A DNA stretch of 32,000 nucleotides from Akkermansia muciniphila ATCC BAA-835. GTDB taxonomy: Bacteria; Verrucomicrobiota; Verrucomicrobiia; Verrucomicrobiales; Akkermansiaceae. The notes below the pieces were generated by a model. That model had not been told where the DNA came from and made no database searches. It saw nothing but the letters and a program-made list of their open reading frames with translations. The stretch spans positions 480,001-512,000 of the forward strand of contig NC_010655.1 in the NCBI RefSeq assembly GCF_000020225.1. The letters are read 5' to 3'. Position 1 is the stretch's first letter, and each line of letters opens with the position of its first letter. The position numbers and the translations under genes were made by a program. This document shows positions 25,832 to 32,000 of this stretch, one piece after another.

Positions 25832-27034
25832 ATGGACAATCAACTTCAATTCTGCACCGTTGAAGAAGCCGTGGAAGAAATACGGCAGGGACGGATGATC
25901 ATCGTTACGGACGACCCTGGGCGTGAAAATGAGGCAGACCTGATCATTGCCGCCGAATTCGCTACGCCGGAAGCCATCAACTTCATGGTTACCCACGCCA
26001 GGGGCCTCGTCTGCGCACCTCTTTCACCGGAACGGGCGGACGCCCTCCAACTCCCGCTCATGACCTCCGTCAACCGGGAAAACATGTCCACAGCGTTCAC
26101 CGTCTCCGTGGATGCGGCCCATGACATCACTACGGGCATCAGCGCCGCGGAACGCTCCCTCACCATTCGCACGCTGGCGGACCCCAAAGCCACCGTCAAC
26201 GACTTTGTTCAGCCGGGTCATACATTCCCTCTCCGCGCCGTTCCCGGCGGAGTGTTGCGCCGCGCCGGCCATACGGAAGCCACCATTGACCTCGTGCGCA
26301 TGGCAGGCCTTCAGCCCGCCGGCGTTTGCTGTGAAATCATGAAGGAAGACGGCACCATGGCCCGCATCGGGGATCTGGGGGGATTCCAGAAAAAACATGG
26401 CCTGAAAGCCTGCACCGTAGCCCAGCTTATTGAATACCGCCGGGACAAGGAAAAGCAAATCCGGCTGGTGGAAACCGTCAACATGCCCACAGACTACGGA
26501 GACTTTACCTGCCGCCTTTATGAATCCCAGCTGGACGGAGCTCTTCATCTGGCCCTGGTTCACGGGGAAATCTCCCCGGACAAGCCCACGCTGGTGCGCG
26601 TGCATAGCGAATGCCTGACGGGAGATGTCTTCGGCTCCCGCCGCTGTGACTGCGGCAGCCAGCTGCACGCCGCCATGCGCCGCATCGCCCAGGAAGGAGG
26701 CGTCCTGCTCTACCTGCGGCAGGAGGGCCGCGGCATCGGACTGGCGGCAAAACTCAAGGCCTACAAACTTCAGGAACAGGGTCTGGATACCGTGGAAGCC
26801 AACCTCAGGCTCGGCTATCCGGACGACCTGCGCGACTATGGCATCGGAGCGCAAATCCTGCATGACCTGGGAGCAAACCAGTTGCGCCTGCTTACCAACA
26901 ACCCGCGGAAAATCGTGGGGCTGGAGGGCTTTGGCATAAAAATCACGGAACAGGTTCCTCTCATCATCCCACCCAACGAACAAAACAGCAAATACCTGGC
27001 TACCAAAAAATGCAAGCTGGGCCACATCCTGTAA
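25832..27034 (+). CDS. ribBA: Bifunctional 3,4-dihydroxy-2-butanone-4-phosphate synthase / GTP cyclohydrolase II
   Basis: N-terminal DHBP synthase (MIIVTDDPGRENEADLI, RAGHTEA). C-terminal GCH-II with the zinc motif VHSECLTGDVFGSRRCDCGSQL and the block YLRQEGRGIGL. The ATG at 25832 lies 19 nt after the glnS stop. Confidence 0.93.
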   Translation: MDNQLQFCTVEEAVEEIRQGRMIIVTDDPGRENEADLIIAAEFATPEAINFMVTHARGLVCAPLSPERADALQLPLMTSVNRENMSTAFTVSVDAAHDITTGISAAERSLTIRTLADPKATVNDFVQPGHTFPLRAVPGGVLRRAGHTEATIDLVRMAGLQPAGVCCEIMKEDGTMARIGDLGGFQKKHGLKACTVAQLIEYRRDKEKQIRLVETVNMPTDYGDFTCRLYESQLDGALHLALVHGEISPDKPTLVRVHSECLTGDVFGSRRCDCGSQLHAAMRRIAQEGGVLLYLRQEGRGIGLAAKLKAYKLQEQGLDTVEANLRLGYPDDLRDYGIGAQILHDLGANQLRLLTNNPRKIVGLEGFGIKITEQVPLIIPPNEQNSKYLATKKCKLGHIL

Positions 27035-27053
27035 CATTCCACTCCATCCCTTC

Positions 27054-27542
27054 ATGTCCACGGAACTTCCCCGCCGCCAGCGCGCCACGGGCACGCGCGC
27101 CAAAATCTGCATCGTCGCCTCGGAATACAACGAACAATACACCCAGGCCCTGGTAGAAAACTGCTCGGAAGAACTGAAAACCGTGCTTCCCTCGGTCCGC
27201 CTGGAAATCATCCGCGTGCCGGGAGCCTTTGAAATTCCGGTGGCCATTAAATCCGTTCTCTCCCGCTCTCCGGAAAAACGTCCTGATGCCGTGGTGGCTC
27301 TGGGGGTCATCCTGCGCGGCAGCACAGACCACGCGGACCTTATCGGCTCCACCATTACCCAGGCCCTGATGCAGCTCGCCCTGGAATTCACCACCCCCGT
27401 CATTCATGAAGTTCTGCTGCTGAATGATGAAAAGCAGGCCTTCGCCCGCTGTATCGCCTCTCAGCTCAACCGCGGCCGTGAAGCGGCCCGCACCGCTGCC
27501 CGCATGGCGGAACTCTTCCTCAACTCCCTGCTCCGGCAATAA
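27054..27542 (+). CDS. ribH: 6,7-dimethyl-8-ribityllumazine synthase
   Basis: 162 aa with IVASEYNEQYTQAL, VPGAFEIPVA and GVILRGSTDHADLI blocks typical of RibH. Confidence 0.9.
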   Translation: MSTELPRRQRATGTRAKICIVASEYNEQYTQALVENCSEELKTVLPSVRLEIIRVPGAFEIPVAIKSVLSRSPEKRPDAVVALGVILRGSTDHADLIGSTITQALMQLALEFTTPVIHEVLLLNDEKQAFARCIASQLNRGREAARTAARMAELFLNSLLRQ

Positions 27543-27570
27543 TACCTATTACTCTCTCCTCTCTATCGCC

Positions 27571-28455
27571 ATGCTCTCACGCAACCAAATCAGACAAGCC
27601 GCCCTCCAATACCTTTACGCCGCCTCTCAGACGCCGGAAACGGAACGGGAGGGAATCTGGGACATCCTGATGGAACCTTTCCGGGGCGACTACTGCAAAC
27701 TCAAGGCCAAGGCCGTCTCCGGCCATCTTACACGGGACTATCCGGACAAGCTGCGCCTCTTCATCACCCGTGCGCGGGAAACGGCGGACAAACTTCAGCA
27801 AGACCCCCTTACCCTGCCCGTCCGTGACCAGCTTCAGGACCTGCTGGCCAAGGAAGGAGAATTCAACGCCTCCCTGCTCCGGCTGAAAAAAGCCCTGCAC
27901 GAGGATCCCTCCAATGACAGGGGGTCTCTTTCCGCCGCCTGCGACGCCGCTCAGGGACTCAATACCGCACTGATGCAGATGCGCCGCCGCCTGCTGGACA
28001 CGCTCAAGGACTTCCCTGCCTATAACGCAATCTGGCCCTCCCTCATTTCCTCCTGCAGCAAACTCCAGGAAATCAATGACCGCATCAACTGCCTCATTCA
28101 CCCGGACGACCGCCCCTCCCTGGCGGAAATAAAAAAAGTGGTGGAGGCAGGGAGGGATGCGGAGGAACTCTACCGGGAAGCCAAAACCCTGGGAGAAGAC
28201 ATCCTGCGCCGCCGGGACGGGCTGGACGCCGCCATCGACTCCACCCTGGAAAACTACTCCCCTGAACGTGTCAGCGCCATTGACCGCGCCATTCTGCGCC
28301 TGGGGGCCTATGAACTCCTCCATCGCAAAGACCTCCCGGCCCCCATCGTCATCTCGGAGGCCATCCGCCTGTCGGAACGCTTCTCCTCTGCGGAATCCCC
28401 CCGCTTCATCAACGGCGTCCTGGCCGGAATCTCAAAAACGGGACGCCCGGCATAA
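27571..28455 (+). CDS. nusB: Transcription antitermination factor NusB, unusually long (294 aa)
   Basis: The N-terminus RNQIRQAALQYLYA and the C-terminus DRAILRLGAYELLHRKDLPAPIVISEAIRLSERFSSAESPRFINGVLAGI match NusB. It follows ribH, the conserved ribH-nusB linkage. The ATG is at 27571; the track ORF extends upstream through ribH. Confidence 0.8.
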   Translation: MLSRNQIRQAALQYLYAASQTPETEREGIWDILMEPFRGDYCKLKAKAVSGHLTRDYPDKLRLFITRARETADKLQQDPLTLPVRDQLQDLLAKEGEFNASLLRLKKALHEDPSNDRGSLSAACDAAQGLNTALMQMRRRLLDTLKDFPAYNAIWPSLISSCSKLQEINDRINCLIHPDDRPSLAEIKKVVEAGRDAEELYREAKTLGEDILRRRDGLDAAIDSTLENYSPERVSAIDRAILRLGAYELLHRKDLPAPIVISEAIRLSERFSSAESPRFINGVLAGISKTGRPA

Positions 28456-28469
28456 CTCCGCTTCGCACC

Positions 28470-29318
28470 ATGGCAGGATTCTTTAAAAAACTATTCACCA
28501 AATTTTCCCGAAGCTCCCGGATAGACTGGGAAGAACTGGAAGCTGAGCTGGTAGCCGCGGACATCGGCATCAGGCGCGCTATGGGTATTGCGGACCAGTT
28601 GAAGGAAAGCAAAGGCCTGGATGCGGAAAATCTGGTGGAATCCACCCGTGAAGTGCTTCGCCGGGCCTTTCCTTCCACCGCTCCGTCCCTGCCCGCCCCT
28701 CCGGAAGGCAAACCGCTGGTCATTCTGGTCGTGGGCGTCAACGGCACCGGGAAAACCACTTCTGCGGCCAAATTGGCCCATTTGCTGCAAAAACAGGGCT
28801 CCCGCGTCCTCCTCGCTGCGGCGGACACTTTTCGCGCGGCCGCCGTGGAACAGCTTCAAAGCTGGGCGGACAAGCTGAACATCCCCATCTGCAAGGGAGC
28901 CCCCAGCCAGGATCCGGCCTCCGTCTGCTATGAGGCCCATACGCAGGCCATCAGGGAAGGCTTCCAATACCTCATTTGCGATACCGCGGGGCGCCTCCAT
29001 ACGCGCCACAACCTCATGGAGGAACTCTCCAAAATTCGCCGGACTCTCGCCAAGCAGGATGCATCCGCCCCCCACAGCACCCTGCTGGTGGTGGATGCCA
29101 CCACAGGCGCTAACGCCCTGGCACAAGCCAGGGAATTTCATAAAGCGACGCCCTTGGATTCCGTCATTATCACCAAAATGGACGGTTCCGGAAAGGGAGG
29201 CGTGGCCGTAGCCATCATGGATGAAATGCACATTTCCCCCTCCTTTCTGGGAACCGGGGAAGGAGCCGAAGACTTTGAACCCTTCAACCGGGACCGCTAC
29301 GTGGATTCCCTGCTGTAA
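28470..29318 (+). CDS. ftsY: Signal recognition particle receptor FtsY (NG domain only)
   Basis: GTPase motifs GVNGTGKTTS, DTAGR and TKMDGSGKGG. At 282 aa it has no acidic A domain. Confidence 0.9.
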   Translation: MAGFFKKLFTKFSRSSRIDWEELEAELVAADIGIRRAMGIADQLKESKGLDAENLVESTREVLRRAFPSTAPSLPAPPEGKPLVILVVGVNGTGKTTSAAKLAHLLQKQGSRVLLAAADTFRAAAVEQLQSWADKLNIPICKGAPSQDPASVCYEAHTQAIREGFQYLICDTAGRLHTRHNLMEELSKIRRTLAKQDASAPHSTLLVVDATTGANALAQAREFHKATPLDSVIITKMDGSGKGGVAVAIMDEMHISPSFLGTGEGAEDFEPFNRDRYVDSLL

Positions 29319-29336
29319 CGGGACCTCCTCAAATCC

Positions 29337-30416
29337 ATGCCACCTCTTCCCCTCATCACTGCCCAGACGGAGGAAAAGCTGCTCGCCTTCCTGACGGAAC
29401 ACGGGCACACTAAATTCCGCACCCAGCAGGTTCTGGACTGGGTGTGGCGCAAGCGCGTCACCACCTTTGACGCGATGAGCAACCTCCCTCCCGCGCTCAA
29501 AAATCTGCTGGCGGAAAATTTCCGTTTCCACACGCCGGAAATCGTGGAAATCCACGGTTCTGCGGACACCACACGAAAATTCCTCACCAAAATGGAAGAC
29601 GGCAGTCTGGTAGAATCCGTCATCATCCCTGCCGCAGCAGCGGAAAATGGAGAAAAATCGGAGCGCGTCACCCTTTGCGTTTCTTCCCAGGTAGGCTGCG
29701 CCTTCGGCTGCAAATTCTGCGCTTCCGGGCTGCTGGGCCTTAAACGCCACCTCACCACGGGGGAAATCATCGGGCAGATTCTCTCCGCGGAAGCCATTGC
29801 GGGAAAACGGGTCAATAACATCGTCTTCATGGGCATGGGGGAACCCCTCTCCAATTTTGACAACCTGGCGGATGCCCTGGAAATCATCACTTCCCACCGC
29901 GGTCTGGAAATAGGGGCGCGCCACATCACCATCTCCACGTCGGGATTCGTTCCCGGCCTGAAAAAACTGGCGGCCTATCCCAGGCAAATCCGTCTGGCCG
30001 TTTCTCTGCACGGAGCTACGGACGAAGTTCGCGACCAAATCATGCCGGTCAACAAAAAATGGCCGCTCTCCCAGCTCATTCCGGCCCTTGAGGAATGGAA
30101 CAGGGGAAGAAACCAGATGCCCACGCTGGAATACATTCTCATCAGGGACATCAACGATTCTCCAAAAGACGCGTCCCATCTCGTCCGGATCGCCAAACGC
30201 CTGCACGCCAAAGTCAATCTCATCCCGTACAACACCGTGGAGGGGCTCCCGTGGAAACGCCCTTCGGAAGAACGCTGCCGTTCCTTCCGGGATGCAGTTC
30301 ACAAGGCGCGCATCCCCGTTACCATGCGGTATGAAAAAGGCCATGACATCAACGCCGCCTGCGGCCAGTTGAGGCTGAGAAAGGAACAGGAAAAGAGCGG
30401 AAAGACGTCCCGTTGA
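29337..30416 (+). CDS. rlmN: 23S rRNA/tRNA adenine-C2 methyltransferase, radical SAM
   Basis: Radical-SAM cluster motif GCAFGCKFCASG, the block FMGMGEPL and a conserved C-terminal Cys (INAACGQL). 359 aa. Confidence 0.9.
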   Translation: MPPLPLITAQTEEKLLAFLTEHGHTKFRTQQVLDWVWRKRVTTFDAMSNLPPALKNLLAENFRFHTPEIVEIHGSADTTRKFLTKMEDGSLVESVIIPAAAAENGEKSERVTLCVSSQVGCAFGCKFCASGLLGLKRHLTTGEIIGQILSAEAIAGKRVNNIVFMGMGEPLSNFDNLADALEIITSHRGLEIGARHITISTSGFVPGLKKLAAYPRQIRLAVSLHGATDEVRDQIMPVNKKWPLSQLIPALEEWNRGRNQMPTLEYILIRDINDSPKDASHLVRIAKRLHAKVNLIPYNTVEGLPWKRPSEERCRSFRDAVHKARIPVTMRYEKGHDINAACGQLRLRKEQEKSGKTSR

Positions 30417-30452
30417 CGGAACGGAGCTTTTCCGAATTTACAACGTTGCCTA

Positions 30453-30481
30453 TTGCCCGGCGCCCTCCGTTGTGCTATCCT
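30453..30481 (+). promoter_or_regulatory. Candidate promoter for dnaB (extended -10 type)
   Basis: TTGCCC (30453..30458), 17-nt spacer ending TGc, then TATCCT (30476..30481), 35 nt upstream of the ATG at 30517. Pattern match only. Confidence 0.25.
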
Positions 30482-30516
30482 TTCCGGCCGGATGCCACCC
30501 ATCCAGCCGCCTCACC

Positions 30517-31971
30517 ATGGAAACCACGACAACCACCACTGCCGTTCCCCCGCTGGAACTGACCAGGGCACCCCGCAAAACCCCGTCCCTGGACCTCAGA
30601 GACATTCCGCAGGCTCCCGGCCCGGAAAAAGGAGTGCTGGCCCTCATGGCCATGGACCCGGCCACTTACGTGGGGCAGTGCGTGACCATCGGCATGACGG
30701 AGGACTACTTCTACCTCCCCGCGCACAAGCTGCTCTGGCGCCTTTTCCAGGCCCGCTATAACAAAAACGAACCCATTGACATCGTTTCCATCACCCAAGC
30801 TTTGGAAGACATGCACCAGCTGGAAGCCGTGGGCGGAAGCGCGGGCCTGGCGGAAATATACACCTTTACCACTACCGGAGCCTATTTTGAGCATTACCTC
30901 AATGTCCTGAAGGACAAATTCATCCTTCGCTCCATCATTGACATAGCCAACCAGTCCACCACGCAGGCCTTTGACAATCCGGACGACGTAGCGGAACTGC
31001 TGGATTCTGTGGAAACCCATATTTTCCAGATACGGGAACGCTATAACAGCGCCAAGGATGAACAAAGCCTGGCCAGCATCCTTAAACAAGCCGTCACCAA
31101 TTTTGAAAAATTCATCGCAAGCAAAGGCCAAATCCAGGGACTGACCACGGGATTTGAGGAACTGGACAAAAAAAGCAACGGGCTTAAACCGGGGGACATG
31201 TTCATCATCGCCGCCCGCCCCTCCATGGGTAAAACCTCCTTTCTGCTCAACATCATTGAGCACATCGCGCTTAACGAAAAAAAGCCTACTCTGCTCTTTT
31301 CCTGTGAAATGCCCGCAGTCCAAATTGTGGAACGCCTTCTTTTTGCCCGCTCCGGAGTCCGCAGCCGGGAAATCATCAAGAGAGGCAACCTCACCCAGCT
31401 TGAAATGAAGCATTTCAAGCAAGCGGTCAAGGAAGTGGGAGCTTCCCAGCTTGTCATTGACGATACCGCAGCCATCTCCATCAACGAACTCCGGGCCAAA
31501 GCGCGCCGTGTCATGAGGGATCAGGGAGGTCTGGCCGCCATTGGTGTGGACTATCTCCAGCTCATGCGCTCCCACTCCAAACAGGCGGCCAACAGTCGTG
31601 AACGGGAAGTGGCGGAAATATCCGCCGGCCTGAAAGCCCTGGCCAAGGAACTCAAAGTGCCCGTCATCGTTCTGGCCCAGCTCAACCGCGGCCCGGAAAG
31701 CCGCACGGGAGCCAGCCTGGGCGTCCCCCGCATCTCCGACCTTCGTGAATCCGGCTCCATCGAACAGGACGCAGACATGATCGGCCTGCTCTACCGCTCC
31801 GCCTACTATGCGGAAGATGAGGAAAAACGCCAGCAAATGGCCGGACGGGCCAATCTGCATCTGGCCAAAAACCGCAACGGCCCCACGGGGGACGTTCCGC
31901 TCCACTTTGAAGCGGAACTCATGCGCTTCTCCACACGTGAGGCAGATGAACACGACCAGGAAAGCGAATAA
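30517..31971 (+). CDS. dnaB: Replicative DNA helicase
   Basis: N-terminal DnaB domain (EKGVLALMAMDP...), Walker A AARPSMGKTSF, the block GVDYLQLM, and RecA-like C-terminal motifs (VIVLAQLNR, SIEQDADM). I use the ATG at 30517; the track TTG at 30472 would overlap the putative promoter. Confidence 0.92.
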   Translation: METTTTTTAVPPLELTRAPRKTPSLDLRDIPQAPGPEKGVLALMAMDPATYVGQCVTIGMTEDYFYLPAHKLLWRLFQARYNKNEPIDIVSITQALEDMHQLEAVGGSAGLAEIYTFTTTGAYFEHYLNVLKDKFILRSIIDIANQSTTQAFDNPDDVAELLDSVETHIFQIRERYNSAKDEQSLASILKQAVTNFEKFIASKGQIQGLTTGFEELDKKSNGLKPGDMFIIAARPSMGKTSFLLNIIEHIALNEKKPTLLFSCEMPAVQIVERLLFARSGVRSREIIKRGNLTQLEMKHFKQAVKEVGASQLVIDDTAAISINELRAKARRVMRDQGGLAAIGVDYLQLMRSHSKQAANSREREVAEISAGLKALAKELKVPVIVLAQLNRGPESRTGASLGVPRISDLRESGSIEQDADMIGLLYRSAYYAEDEEKRQQMAGRANLHLAKNRNGPTGDVPLHFEAELMRFSTREADEHDQESE

Positions 31972-32000
31972 AACCTCTCGCTGTCTGTGCCTGTTCTCTG

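Noticed and set aside
24565-25839. 424-aa minus-strand ORF
   Set aside because: It is the antisense shadow of glnS.
26024-27403. 459-aa minus-strand ORF
   Set aside because: It is the antisense shadow of ribBA and ribH.
28491-30344. 617-aa minus-strand ORF
   Set aside because: It is antisense to both ftsY and rlmN, spanning their intergenic gap, and both of those have unambiguous motifs. It is a shadow ORF.
30475-31953. 492-aa minus-strand ORF
   Set aside because: It is the antisense shadow of dnaB.
1-32000. Scan for CRISPR arrays, tRNA/rRNA genes, IS elements, integrases and long tandem or inverted repeats
   Set aside because: I could see none by eye. All intergenic regions are under 700 nt and lack repeat-spacer periodicity or cloverleaf-like tRNA features. 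A tRNAscan/Infernal/ISfinder run would be needed to be certain.

Overview
Chromosomal window with high-50s % G+C (estimated by eye). It is densely packed with housekeeping genes and interrupted by two AT-rich islets. Gene content suggests a Verrucomicrobiota gut bacterium, possibly Akkermansia-like: a GH20 hexosaminidase, a secreted ankyrin protein, a double-length NusB and mostly weak Shine-Dalgarno sites. That is a guess; no search was run.

Called genes, left to right:
- GH20 beta-hexosaminidase, minus strand, truncated by the window edge and absent from the ORF track
- bioD, a 50-codon microORF and cdaA
- an AT-rich orphan CDS
- a lone LolD-like ABC ATPase and panC
- skp-lpxD
- a NitT/TauT-type ABC importer (binding protein, ATPase, permease)
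- a polytopic membrane protein
- an AT-rich islet (about 11.7-14.1 kb) with a 480-aa secreted orphan protein and a decayed small gene
- the hldE-gmhA-gmhB ADP-heptose operon
- rpsU and hemL
- a secreted ankyrin-repeat protein
- a 653-aa sugar-porter MFS transporter with a roughly 160-aa loop insertion
- a zinc-ribbon/TM/HEAT-like protein
- a co-directional glnS-ribBA-ribH-nusB-ftsY-rlmN-dnaB array

I found no rRNA, tRNA, CRISPR array, transposase or integrase.

The ORF track uses alternative start codons, so several starts were trimmed to the first plausible ATG. Many long antisense shadow ORFs were rejected. I cannot point to a demonstrable new multi-gene system. The best leads are the AT-rich secreted orphan islet, a possible mini-CdaR microprotein translationally coupled to cdaA, and the MFS transporter with an extra periplasmic domain next to the zinc-ribbon/HEAT-like membrane protein.
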